Below, piece by piece: positions 49,816 through 63,197 of a stretch of DNA of 64,000 nt. The position numbers and the translations under genes were made by a program. This DNA comes from Octopus sinensis (taxonomy: Eukaryota), in assembly GCF_006345805.1 (NCBI RefSeq), contig NC_042997.1, forward strand, positions 197,780,001 to 197,844,000, written 5' to 3'. Numbering within the stretch: the first letter of the stretch is position 1; the number at the start of each line of letters is the position of its first letter. Below the pieces are notes generated by a model that saw nothing but the letters and a program-made list of their open reading frames with translations, was not told where the DNA came from and did not search any database.

Positions 49816-50794
49816 ACTCTTTTACTCTTTTACTTGTTTCAGTTATCTGACTGTGGCCATGCTGGAGCACCGCCTTTAGTCGAGCAAATCGACCCCAGGA
49901 CTTATTCTTTGTAAGCCTAGTACTTATTCTATCGGTCTCTTAAGCGAAACCGCTAAGTTACGGGGACGTAAACACACCAGCATCGGTTGTCAAGCGATGT
50001 TGGGGACGGACAAACACAGACACACAAACACACACATATATATATATATATGACGGGATTCTTTCAGTTTCCGTCTACCAAATCCACTCACAAGGCTTTG
50101 GCCGGCTTGAGGCTATAGTAGAAGACACTTGCCCAAGGTGTCACGCAGTGGGGATGTACCCGGAACCATGTGGTTGGTTAGCAAGCTACTTAGCACATAG
50201 CCATCTTTCATCTTTTACTTGTTTCACTCATTAAATTGTGGCCCTGCTGGAGCATCGTCTTGAAGGGTTTAATCGAACAAATTGATCCCAGTGCTTATTC
50301 TTGTTTTTTAAGTCTGCACGTTTGCGCAAACCGCTAAGTTACGGGGACATGAGCAGCCAACACCGGTCATCAAGCGGTGGCTGGAGAAAAACACAGATAC
50401 ACACATACACAAACACACACATTCGGCGGGATTCTACACAGTTTCCATAGTCACTCATAAGACATAAGTCGGTTCGGGGTAAGAGTAGATGACACTTGCC
50501 CAAGGTGCCACTGAGTGGGACAAAACTTGAAATCACGCAGCTCCAATGCGAACTTCTTAACCGCACTGGCATACTTTTAAAAATCATTTTAACAGATTAT
50601 GACTCTTTTACACGTCTCAATCATTTGACTGCGGCCATGCTGGAGCACCGCCTTTAGTCGAAAAAAATCGACGCCAGGACTTATTCTTTGTAAACCTAGT
50701 ATTTATTCTATCTGTCTCTTTTGGCGAACCGCTAAGTTTCGAATGTATAATCACACCGACATCGGTTGTCAAGCGATGGTGGGGGACAAACACA

Positions 50795-50833
<39 letters not shown>

Positions 50834-50989
50834 TACACGACGAGCTTCTTTCAGTTTCCGTTTACCAAATCCACTCACAAAACTTTGGCTATAGTAGAAG
50901 ACACTTGCCCAAGGTTCCACGCAGTGGGACTGAACCCAGAACCATGTGGTTGGAAAGCAAGCTTCTTACCACACAGCCACGTCTACGCC
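49816..50989 (-). mobile_element. Three consecutive SINE A-type copies (49816-50204, 50205-50573 diverged, 50602-50989)
   Basis: Three successive tail-to-head series, all on the minus strand. Confidence 0.85.
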
Positions 50990-51469
50990 TACGAGATGTT
51001 GTTCAATAAATTATTCATTAATTTATAAAACTATCAATTTACACATTACTAATTGCACCAAGTCAAACTTCTTACAAGTTGATTAATTAATAGAATAACC
51101 TGTAAATGAAAATCAATGTATATTCTATCAAAATATAATTGGGAATTTTGATTAAAAGGGGTATTTTTTTATATAAAGGAGGGAAAGGGCAAAGGGCAAT
51201 GATCAAAAGCTTCGAGCTTCGACCTATTTCAATTTGATTGGATGAAAAGAAGGCAATCAAAACTGATAAAATTATGTTTGTGATTCTTGAGATGAATAGA
51301 TGCACACACTTGATTGCGTGTATCCACGGTTCAAGTAGCACATCAGCTCAACCTCATATTTACAAACAACGGGAATTCAACTCAGAATGTTTTGTTGCTT
51401 TGTTAGCGTCCGGCTTGAACTCTCTTAAGTAGACCTTAAATAAAATTCAAAGGAAAATCATTCATACAT

Positions 51470-51730
51470 ACATACATATGCTGAATTATTGAGAAATCTG
51501 CACTTACTCTATCCAGATTACAAGTTCAGGCTTATATCTATAAATATTGGGGCATAGGTAACACACTGCCTAAATACCAACCATGAGACATTAGGCTTCT
51601 CAAAACAAGAAAAGAGAAAACCGATTCGAAGACTACTGATCCAGACAATCATTGGAACTTTAAAAATCTGTAAAACTTTACAAAAGTTTATCATTTAAGT
51701 ATATATAAGCATGTCTAGACATGCAAGTAT
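51470..51730 (+). mobile_element. R4/Dong-type 3' terminal fragment
   Basis: GCTGAATTATTGAGAAATCTG...ATCTGTAAAACTTTACAAAAGTTTATCATTTAA matches 31815-31998. Confidence 0.75.
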
Positions 51731-51988
51731 TGGGTCATCCCATAAATAATGCGGTTTTTAAATACTTCTTTTGTTTTGCAAAATTAAGATAAACAAAGAG
51801 TGGGTAGGGGTGCATTAATGGGAAAGGTATGAAACTAGTCACCTCTGAGGAAGAGAGGTCGTTACTAAAGCGCTCTCACAGAAAAGCCCCCTTGGGGCTA
51901 AACGAATATGATGTTGTTGATAACAATAACAACAAACAGAAATCATACACAAACACACACATACATACACTCACACGCACACACAAAC

Positions 51989-52022
<34 letters not shown>

Positions 52023-52789
52023 TACATTACGAGCGAACAAAAAATCCTACATGTACAGTACATATTGCGTAATGTAGACATGTACAAATCGCTGGCAACG
52101 ATATGTGGTTATGAATCTCGCTTTGCACACATGTGCTTTCAGGTTCGGTCCTACCGCATAGCACCTTGGGAAAGTGTTTTATACTATAACCCCGGGCCCA
52201 TAAATGACCTAATATGACTGCAGTCCAATGACTGAAACCAGTAAAAGGAATAATACAAGGAATATGCTGCATAAAAACTTAGCTACAAAGAAAAATTCGG
52301 TGGTTTGGATCAAAACTTGGAAGGAGATATTACAAAAGAGGTTTCATGAGAGACGCTGCGGAATATAACAGGGAGCAAAAAAAGGATCCTTCGTGTTCTT
52401 ATTCTGTCAAGCATCTGTATAGGCCATATATGTGAATGCTGAGTAATTTCCTCCAAATGTCACTCTTGCAATGATGGTTAGCATAACATCACCATGACAA
52501 TCATCTTATAACTAATGGTAGAATTTATCCAGAAACTAATATTTAGACAGTGACATTGACAAATTGCTTTCACAATGAGAAATATTTCTTACTAAGTTTA
52601 AGAAAGTAAGGAACTCGTGAATTAATAAATTAGTAAAAAAATTTGATTAATACTGACTTTTTTCTAAATATAGTAATTTTCTATCAATCAGTCTATCTGT
52701 CTGTCTGTCCGTCTGCCTGCCTGCCTGCCTGTCTGCCTGCCTGCCTGTCTGCCTGCCTGCCTGTCTGTCTGTCTGTCTGTCTGTCTGTC

Positions 52790-53215
52790 AAGGGCGAGTA
52801 AAATTCTCGAAATCCATGGACAACTACTCTCCAGTGGTCTTCGTCCCTCATCATCGCTGCCATATCCTGTAACTCTCAGAGACCATTGTCTGTCCTCAGA
52901 GCATTAACATATATCATCCTCGGTCACCCTCTTCTAGTGTGTCCGTGTAGGGGCTCCCACAGGATCATTAAGTGTAGTGTCAACTCTGAACGACGCTGAG
53001 CATGTCCAGCTAACCTCAGTCTCCTCTGTGATATTTTCGAGCTAACTATGGGGTTGGGGTGGGGGCTTTCGCATAGCTCTGAGTTCTTTATCCTCAGGGT
53101 GTACTGATTAATGTTCAGGGCCGCCCTCAGCATTCCGGAGTAGCACCCATACAACATCTGAGTCAGTGTCCAAGTCTCAGACCCGTACAACAGCACTGAC
53201 TCCAATGATCAAGAG
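52790..53215 (-). pseudogene. RTE-clade LINE 3' fragment with (GACA)/(GGCA) microsatellite tail
   Basis: ESVLLYGSETWTLT...LRAALNI...SKISQRRLRLAGHAQR...WEPLHGHTRRG. The tail abuts (TCTG/CCTG)n at about 52695-52788. Confidence 0.8.
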
Positions 53216-53401
53216 TAATAATTAACAAGCGCAATTATTGTTGTTGGTGGTGTTGATGCTGTAGTTGTTGTTGTTGTGGTCGTTGTTGTTGATGTTATTG
53301 GAATAAATTTCCACACTGTCTCTAAAGAATATCAGCTTTAGAGTACGTTCTCTAAAGTTTAGGTCCCCTTTCTTCATTTCAATATTGTTTTTGCGGCTTA
53401 T

Positions 53402-53410
53402 CTACACACA

Positions 53411-53445
<35 letters not shown>

Positions 53446-53457
53446 CACACACACACC

Positions 53458-53488
<31 letters not shown>

Positions 53489-53634
53489 TACATGCACACA
53501 CACACACACACCACACACACATACACACACACACACAAACACACACACCACCACACACACATACACACACACACACAAACACACACACACACCACACACA
53601 CATACATGCACACACACACACCACACACACACAC

Positions 53635-53668
<34 letters not shown>

Positions 53669-53746
53669 CACACAAACACACACAAACACACTCACACACA
53701 CACACACCACACACACATACATGCACACACACACACACCACACACA

Positions 53747-53784
<38 letters not shown>

Positions 53785-53835
53785 ATACACACACACACAC
53801 ACACGCGCACACACACATGCACACACGCACACATA
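53402..53835. repeat. Long (CA)n microsatellite with ~115-bp higher-order periodicity
   Basis: Marker CATACATGCACA recurs near 53487, 53601 and 53716. Confidence 0.9.
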
Positions 53836-54097
53836 TATATATATAGATAATGTTAGTAGGAAAAGAAAATGCAAGCTGCGTCTTCTTGAAGCACATCTGC
53901 TTAATCCACCCTGTCAGAAGAAATTCTGATAGGAAATTTCTTAAATGTTTATTTAACTTGTACAATTTTCTGATTCTTATCAGCAAATGAAACAAATATA
54001 GTAGTGAATAAATAATACCTCAAAATGTTTTCCAGATTCGTGTGTTGTCTTATATATCTCTCTCTCTCTCTCTTCTCTCTCTATATATATATATATC

Positions 54098-54305
54098 GGG
54101 AGAGTTTACGAAAAAACAAAACAAAAGACGAAGACAGGTGGTGTACAAAACAAACAGATGCATTAGTATAACGTACAGGAATAGAAAATGTCTTTTACGT
54201 TTCGAGCCTACGCTCTTCGACAGAAAGGGACACAGAAAAAAACACAAGGAGAGAAACAAAGAGAGAAAAAATGTGTAGTGACTAACGATCTATCATGGCG
54301 ACTGA
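54098..54305 (-). mobile_element. Short PLE-derived hammerhead-like repeat between (AT)n tracts
   Basis: TCTTTTACGTTTCGAGCCTACGCTCTTCGACAGAAAGGG at about 54191-54229. Confidence 0.75.
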
Positions 54306-54319
54306 TATATATATATATA

Positions 54320-54565
54320 TCATCATCGTTTAACGTCCGCTTTCCATGCTAGCATGGGTTGGACGATTTGACTGAGGTCTGGCGAACCAGATGGCTGCAC
54401 CAGACTCCAATCTGATCTGGCAGAGTTTCTACAGCTGGATGCCCTCCCCAAAGCCAACCACTCCGAGAGTGTAGTGGGTGCTTTTACGTGCCACCGGCAT
54501 GAGGGCCAGTCAGGCGGTACTGGCAATGGCCACGCTCAAATGGTGCCTTTTACGTACCACCTGCA
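54320..54565 (-). mobile_element. SINE family E, 3' part, with Nin/Deu-like domain and (GAT)n tail
   Basis: Minus strand GGGAGGGCATCCAGCTGTAGAAAC...GGAAAGCGGACGTTAAACGATGATG. Confidence 0.65.
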
Positions 54566-55400
54566 TATAATCCAAGGATATCTTTTCTTTACATTTACTC
54601 CGAGCAGAGAGCCGATCATGATATACTCTGAAACGGCGATCAGGAAGCTAAGAGAAAATACATATGTACATACATACATACAGACATACATATGTACATA
54701 CAAACCTTTAATTCGAACACTACAAAAAAATCACAATATCTGGCACTATCAGTATGTGCAAGACCTTAAGATTTCAAAAGATGATGATTAAAACAAGATA
54801 CATTCTCTCACAGCCTCGCTTCAAAGTTGGCATCCGGTCAAAATTTACTGTAAATTAATGATGGAAAGAGAAGAAAATACATACATCCCATTAACTAATA
54901 TTTTCATACTCACATACACTACGCTCAATTATGTTTTAATAAACGAAAGAAAAAAAATTTTCCTGGGAAAGACGACGAAAATCTGTTCAATAAAATTTTC
55001 ACAATATTGAATATATTTATGTGCCGTAAAGAACGAAGTCTGTTTGGAGTGGCCCAGATTCTCAGTTTGAATATTTATTCTAATGATATTGATTCTTATA
55101 GCAATTAAAACAAATTATCTTCGCAACACAACTTATTCATTATCCGGGATGTATTCTGACATTATTCTTTTGATGTTTAGTAGAATGAGTACAATGCTCT
55201 TTCGCCGTTGAGCCAAGTAGTTTTAATAGCATTTAACAAACTCATGTGACGAGAAAATGCTAGCAATATGGCGGTCAGACATTTACATTTCAGACATGAA
55301 ATTATATACTGAAGCCTTATTTATCTTGATCCCTAGGAACGCCTAAATGTACGTACATACACACAAACAAATGCACATATCCATATTTGTTACATGTAGA

Positions 55401-55640
55401 GGCACGCGGCTTAGTGGTTAGGGTGTTGAACTCATGATCGTAAGGTTGTGGTTTCGATTCCTGGACCGGGCGATGCGTTATGTTCTTGAGCAAAACACTT
55501 CATTTCACGTTGCTCCAGTTCACTCAGCTGGCAAAAATGAGTAATCCTGCGACGGATCGGCGTCCCGTCCAGGTGGGGAATTTCTACGCCACTCTAACCG
55601 GGAAACCGGCCCTTATGGGCCTAGCATTGCTCGAGAAGGA
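55401..55640 (+). mobile_element. SINE family C
   Basis: GGCACGCGGCTTAGTGGTTAGGG...GGTTTCGATTCC...GCGACGGATCGGCGTCCCGTCCAGG. Confidence 0.75.
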
Positions 55641-55689
55641 ACATTTATTTTTTTTATATTTGTTACATACATGCATATATGCCCAGAAG

Positions 55690-56279
55690 CTTGAAGAAGA
55701 CAGTAGAATTGATACGGAGCGCAACCTCTCTTATGCACACGACCACTACATCACATCTCCCAACCGCATGTGTAGGCTATGTTCCGTTTCTGTGGAAGAT
55801 ATCACGCATGTGATTAGCGGCTGTCCTAAAATGTCATCACGGTACTTCCCCCACTATGCGGTACGGTGTTGTTGCTGAAACAACTTGCAATGCCATCCGC
55901 AAAAAAAGACTGTCCTGAAATAAACCTTAAAAATCCCTCTATTCATAAAGACCAACTCAAGGAATACTGGTGGAATCTTCTCGTCAAAACTTCTGTTAAA
56001 TGTAAACATAACAGGCTGGATATTGTTGTTTAGGACTGAGGGGCAAATGTATGTACCATCATGGAGGTTAGATGCCATGCAGATATAAATATCTCTTTGA
56101 ATATCCAAGAAAAAGAGGATATCTATGGACAACTGCTTCGAAACCTCCAGCTTCTATATCCAGACTGAATTCATATTCATGCCAATAATAATTGGAGGAC
56201 TACGTTTTGTTAGTAAATGCTTAAAGGAGAATCTGGATAAACTGGAATTTTCAGAAAGAGAAATCAACCGGCAAATTCG

Positions 56280-56369
<90 letters not shown>

Positions 56370-56520
56370 CATACATATATACGACAGGCTTCTTTCAGTT
56401 TCTGTCTACCAAATCCACTCACAACGCTTTGGTCGGCCCGAGGCTAGTAGAAGACAATTTAGTCTGTGAGAGGAACAGTAAAAATATGCAAGACTTTTCT
56501 CAAGTTCCAAATGTGAATTT
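55690..56520 (+). pseudogene. Decayed R4/Dong-type ORF fragment interrupted by (CA)n plus an internal SINE A piece (56280-56457)
   Basis: CRLCSVSVEDITHVISGCPKMSSRY, then IIIGGLRFVSKCLKENLDKLEFSEREIN. Homology resumes at about 56458 (GTGAGAGGAACAGTAAAAATATGCAAGAC). Confidence 0.75.
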
Positions 56521-57134
56521 GTCTGTGTTAACTAAATTCCAAAAATGGAGCCTTGTATCTTTGTTGGAAAGCGGCTCTATCCTCAGTGGAAGATTTATAA
56601 TAATTACAAAATAGAAGACATACATACATCTTTTATGTTTCAGTCATTGGACTGCAGACATGATGCAGTCATCAACTGGTATTCTGCTGCAAGTTGGAAG
56701 TAGAATGGTAGTTGATGACAAAATATGTTAGTGAAAGAAAACTTGTGGATATACGCAAAATATATTGACCACATAAACGTACATAGAGCTTACTATGTGA
56801 ACTGGCGAGAGAATTCTCAAGTTAATACACATCGTAAATTTTAACTATTCAAGCACGTACGTAGCGGTATTTATCTATTTCGAAGTATTTTTATTTCTTG
56901 CCTGTAACAATGTTTAAGATTCAATCATGCAACTACACGTCGAAACCACTTTTTGTGATGCGAAAGGTGATCAGTGTCGACTTCAATGTCAACACAACTG
57001 GCTTTCCACATTAATAACCTGTAATCAAGTGTAGATTGTTTATGACAGATCACATGTAACATAGAATGCGATCATTTTATGTACTGTGTGTCTGTTTCAT
57101 TTATGTGTATATATGCAAGAATACAAGTGCATAA

Positions 57135-57518
57135 TACTCTTTCACTCTTTTACTTGTTTCAGTCATTTGACTGCAGCCATGCTGGAGCACAGCCTTTAGT
57201 CGAGCAAATCGACTCCAGGACTTATTCTTTGTAAGCCTAGTACTTATTCTATCGGTCTCTTTTGCCAAACCGCTAAGTTACGGGGACGTAAACACACCAG
57301 CATCGGTTGTCAAGCGATGATGGGGGAACAAACACAGACACACAAACATACACACACATACATATATACGACAGGCTTCTTTCAGTTTCCGTCTACCAAA
57401 TCCACTCACAAGGCTTTGGTCGGCCCGAAGCTATAGTAGAAGACACTTGCCCAAGGTGCCACGCAGTGGGAATGAACCCGGAAAGCAAACTACTTACTAC
57501 ACAGCCACTCCTGCGCCT
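57135..57518 (-). mobile_element. SINE family A, full length
   Basis: Tail, internal microsatellite and head all present. Confidence 0.9.
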
Positions 57519-57533
57519 GTGTGGTAATATTAT

Positions 57534-57570
<37 letters not shown>

Positions 57571-57574
57571 GTAT

Positions 57575-58078
57575 ACTGTTGTGTGTCATTTTCTTTTTGT
57601 GCCTTAATTTTTAACACACTCACCGGTGAAATTTCCACTTATTTCTTATTTTTATTTTCCTAAAATTTTCGTTGCGTCTTGCAACCTTTTCAATAGTCTT
57701 GACTCTCAATGGACTTGACTCTCAATAGTCTTGACTCTCAATAGTTTTGACTTTCAATATTTCTTATTTTTATTTTCCTAAAATTTTTGTTGCGCCTTGC
57801 AACCTTTTCGATAGTCTTGACTCTCAATAGTCTTGACTCTTCAATAGTCTTGACTCTTCAATAGTCTTGACTTTCAATAGTCAAGACTATTGAAAAGGTT
57901 GCAAGACGCAACGAAAATTTTAGGAAAATAAAAATAAGAAATAAGTGGAAATTTCACCGGTGAGTGTGTTACATTATAAGGCACAAAAAGAAAATGACTC
58001 TCCCCAGACACAACAGAATATACTTCAACACACAAACTCATATAAAGAATCTTGCAAACCAAATCCCAAAACGATATA
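57575..58078. mobile_element. Foldback element with iterated 16/17-mer at the apex
   Basis: Arm 57575-57704, four CAATAGTCTTGACTCT units, partial arm, four more units, then inverted arm from 57879. Same family as 22320-22660. Confidence 0.85.
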
Positions 58079-58318
58079 TATATATATATATATATATATA
58101 GATATATATATATTTTCTCTCTATTTTCAGCTCAGAACTGCGGCCATGCTGTTGCACCGCCGTTTTGCTACATTGCTATTACTGAGAGCCTCCTCTAATA
58201 TATATATATAATACACCTGCTTTTTGTTCTCACACCTGTCATCGTCCTTTGTTTTTCTGTAAATTTGAACTACATACATACACACATATATATACATACC
58301 TATTTATATACATATGCA

Positions 58319-58350
<32 letters not shown>

Positions 58351-58438
58351 CATAGGTATACATATACATAAATATTTATAAATCTATATACATACATACA
58401 CAAATGTATGCATAAACATTTATCTATACACAAATGTG

Positions 58439-58480
<42 letters not shown>

Positions 58481-58921
58481 GCACATGTATACGTATCTAT
58501 CAATCAATCTATCTATCTAGCTAGCTGCTCTCTAGTTGAGTATCCCGTCGTAGCCGAGGAATTTTCACGATAGAATGCCTTTATTTCAATTCTTTTTTTG
58601 TTTCATATCAAACCATATCTTCTCTGACAGATAGGCTTCTTGATCGGGACAGTTTTCTGCATTAATTTGGGAAATTTATAACGTCTCAATGAACAAAGCT
58701 TTTATTTTTCCATTTGGTGCCTAGATGTAAAAATTTTTCGTAGCTCGTTGCTGATACTTTGTGAGAGTTTTTCGACTTTGTTGCTCATATTAAACTCCAT
58801 ACACACGCTCAGTGTCAGCGATATACATATACAGCGAGTGAGAGGGAGAGTGTAATACACACATACACACATTTATTGTGGGAAGTTTACAATGGGAAAA
58901 ATATAAATGAGAGACAAACAA

Positions 58922-58971
<50 letters not shown>

Positions 58972-59368
58972 GAGGACATTACTACACATAAATGCCACAC
59001 GCTCTTAAAGTCAAAACTAGAAAAATAAATAAACGCATCGTACCGAATGCAACTCTCGAAGCAAGTCATTTAAAAACAGAATTTAGCTGCATATCACCCT
59101 GATTTCATAATTAGTGCAGTAATGCACTTTTTAATCCTCAGTGCAAGCAAAATACAAGATTTATAACGAATGAACAAAATCAACATGCCAGACACACAAA
59201 CACAGAGAAAGAGAGGGAGAGAGAGAGAGAGGGAGAGAGAGAGGGAGAGAGAGAGAGGGAGAGAGAGAGAGGAGAGAGAGAGAGAGGGAGGGAGAAATAG
59301 AGATGTGTTTTCTATTGTTTGCGGATGAGTTAGTGCGTCGACTTGACAAGCATCATCTGACATATTTC

Positions 59369-60025
59369 CACTCAGCCTGCGAAACTCACAGTGGAACCCG
59401 GCCCAATGCGGTGCCATTATTCATTCGCAACTGGCACTCAGCTTGATAGCGACTGTCTGTGCATCGGCGTTTTCCTGAGGCTTGGCCTTCAGGTTTGTTA
59501 GCCTCACGAATGCCGCTGCGGATCCACTGTGGATTCTTCTGGCCTCCACTCACTGTCATGCCGTCATGCTACCTTCCACGCCGTGCTGCCCCCATCAAAA
59601 TCATAACGAATGATCTACACGCCGCACAAATTTCTCCGTCCAGCTGGAGCCCAGGATGCAAGACCAAGGGGACTGTAAAAGGCCTGACGGTATGAAACCA
59701 TTACCGTTCCGTGGAGGTAGGACCCTCATTTGGGCTGTCAAATGCTGTAACACCTTCTACAGGGGCAACTTGGTTTGTTCTGCTACCGGCCCAAGCTCTG
59801 CTGCCCGTCAGCCTGAGAAAAGCAAAACGACAAAATAGCAGTTGTTCTCTGATAGGTTAAAGGTCGAGTGTGTGATAGTGGAGACCTCTGGCGTTCTCGG
59901 CCCCCGGACCATATCCCTGCTCATTGCTATAGGGGCGGAGATGGCTATCCCCAAGTGCATGTCCCGTGACTGTTCTAGCGCATCTCCCTTGCCGTTCTTC
60001 TTTTCCATTTTGTCTGCTGGGACAA
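59369..60025 (+). pseudogene. CRE-clade RLE non-LTR retrotransposon, decayed C-terminal region
   Basis: HSACETHSGTRPNAVP, GTQLD...CIGVFLRLG, knuckle CRCGSTVDSSGLHSLSC, RLE motif KRPDGMKPLPFRGGRTLIW...AARQPEKSKTTK, ETSGVLGP, RISLAV..FSILSAGT, across several frameshifts and stops. Confidence 0.8.
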
Positions 60026-60231
60026 CGAGGTGGTATGAATTACAGGAAAAAGTACAGAGACTATCGCTGAAGGTGATATAGAGAGTGAAAGATGAATAAA
60101 GAAAAAATAAAAACATCGTTGGGTTTCTTGGTGGTCTCGTGGGTAGAGACATAATTAGACAACTACATTGGCCATCCCAGGCAGGGTTCAATCTCACCTA
60201 GGGTCTGCATTAAGTGGTCTTACAAAAATTA

Positions 60232-60401
60232 GGCGCAGGAGTGGCTGTGTGGTAAGTAGCTTGCTTACCAGTCACATGGTTCCGGGTTCATTCCCATTAC
60301 GTGGCACTTTGGGCGAGTGTCTTCTACTATGGCCTCGAGCTGACCAAAGCCTTGTAGATGGATTGGTAGACGGAAACTGAAAGAAGCCCGTCGTATATAT
60401 T

Positions 60402-60432
<31 letters not shown>

Positions 60433-60439
60433 TATATGT

Positions 60440-60470
<31 letters not shown>

Positions 60471-60475
60471 TATGT

Positions 60476-60557
<82 letters not shown>

Positions 60558-60649
60558 GTATACATAATACATATATAATATATATATATATATATTATAT
60601 ATATATATGTATACATATATACATATATATATATATATATTATATATGT

Positions 60650-60704
<55 letters not shown>

Positions 60705-60728
60705 GTATACATATATACATATATATAT

Positions 60729-60784
<56 letters not shown>

Positions 60785-61030
60785 ACATATATATATATAT
60801 TAGTTATATCGCCATACTAATATGGCATATGTGTGTGTATGTGTGTGTGTGTGAGTGTATGTTTGTGTGTCTGTGTTTGTCTCCCCAACATAGCTTGACA
60901 ACCAATGCTGGTGTGTTAACGTCCCCGTAACCTGGCGGTTCGGCAAGAAGAGACCGATAGAATAAATGCTAGGCTTACAAAGAATAAGTCTTGGAGGTCG
61001 ATTTGCTCGACTAAAAGGCGGTGCTCCAGA
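60232..61030 (+). mobile_element. SINE family A whose internal microsatellite has expanded to ~450 bp
   Basis: Head 60232-60393, AT/TATGTATACA tract at about 60394-60860, 3' half to about 61030. Confidence 0.88.
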
Positions 61031-61488
61031 ATATGCACCGCCGTAGTTAGTACATCATAAAATGAAAGTAAACATCACACCAACGAATGAAGACAATTAC
61101 ATGTCATTTAAAGAGAGATTGAGAAATAGAGAGATAGAGAGAGAAAGGGATTGGGGGAAGCATGTGTGAGAGATAGGCATATACAAGCAGAGAGTGATAA
61201 AGAATGTGGTAAACGTATATAAAGAGAGGGGAGAGCATAGAAGAGAGAGATTCTGATGGAGACAGAGTTATTTCTCGAAGCAAATTAAATTTTCAGATTA
61301 ATTATAATCAAATACTTTGTCGTTGGGACACAGATCACGAAAATCGAATCCGTTTTCTCGAGGACGCACCGTTCCGGAGCCTTTCCGCGACGTATTTACA
61401 GACGTACATACATACATACACTCACATTTATATACATACATACTTACATATATATATATATATATATCTTTATATATATATAATATAT

Positions 61489-61530
<42 letters not shown>

Positions 61531-61934
61531 ATAAATAAATATATGCACATATATGTATGTATGTGTATATTGGTACACATACATACACACACACACACAC
61601 AACACACACACATATATATATATTTATATATATATGCACAATGCATAATATACTAATATGTATTATTTCATCCATAAATTAAACACACGTGTGCACGCGG
61701 ACACACATTGTACACACACACACACACACACACAACACACCATATATATATATATATCTGTGTGTTGCTATACAAACAACCTTCTCAACCGCGGAATTTC
61801 AGTTTGAAAACGGCTATCGAAAGGTTCGAAACTCATTAGAGTAAATGGAAACATTATCATTAAAATAAAAATCATCTACTCATTTTATTCAAATATATTA
61901 CATTGTTCCAAGAACCTTTTATCATTCTACTAAC

Positions 61935-61979
<45 letters not shown>

Positions 61980-62585
61980 CTACACACACACACACACACA
62001 TATATATATGTATATACACAGACACATACACACACATATATATATATATATATCACACACGTACACGCAAGCACACACATACACGTATATCTGACTGAAT
62101 GATATGCAGTGAATAATTGTGCGTGTGTATATATATATATACACACACACGCTATACATGTCAGGAATTCCATGTCTGTTCCAATTTTCTTCCCGTGTTT
62201 CTTATACATTTTCCATTCATACTCACCTGATTTACAGGTGTCACACTGACTCCATTCATCAACTCATGTTTTTGTTTTATATTCATTCGCTTTCCACTTC
62301 GTTCATTCATTTTATCATCATCTATTTACAGAGAGAGAGTAAATAAATTTGCTACAATTCGTTATAAAACGCCTTCGCTCATTAGTTTTAATCAAAGTTG
62401 AATTCATATTTTATCGCGGTTTTCTTACGCATCGCTTATTCCATGCGCATACGATATGTATATATACGTGCATCTTTCTCTCTCCCTCTTCTCCGTCTCT
62501 CACCGCATCTCTCTCTCTCTCTCTCCCTCCTTAATCTCTTTCCATTTCTCTATGTGAAAGCGAAGAAGCCGATAACTTAGATGAC

Positions 62586-63005
62586 TTTACTCTTTACTCT
62601 TTTACTCTTTTACTTGTTTCAGTCATTTGACTGCGGCCATGCTGGAGCACCGCCTTTAGTCGAGCAAATCGACCCCGGGACTTATTCTTTGTAAGCCCAG
62701 TACTTATTCTATCGGTCTCTTTTGCCGAACCGCTAAGTGACGGGGACGTAAACACACCAGCATCGGTTGTCAAGCAATGCTAGGGGGACAAACACAGACA
62801 CACAAACATATACACATACACTTATATATATATACATATATACGACACGCTTCTTTCAGTTTCCGTCTACCAAATCTACTCACAAGGCATTGGTCGGCCC
62901 GGGGCTATAGCACAAGACACTTGCCCAAGATGCCACGCAGTGGGACTGAACCCAGAACCATGTGGTTGGTTAGCAAGCTACTTACCACACAGCCACTCCT
63001 ACGCC
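62586..63005 (-). mobile_element. SINE family A, full length (left member of an inverted pair)
   Basis: Shares private variants with 63198-63616. Confidence 0.9.
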
Positions 63006-63197
63006 TTTGTCAAATTTTATCTTGTAAAAAGTAGTTGCAGTGTGATACGGAGTTCGTTTCCCAACCACATGGTTAAGGGTTCAGTCCCATTGCCTGACAC
63101 CTCGGCAAGTGTCTTCTACCTCAGTTCGACGAAAGCCTTGTGAGTGGATATAGTAGACAGACGGAAACTGAAAGAAACCTGATATATCAATATATAA

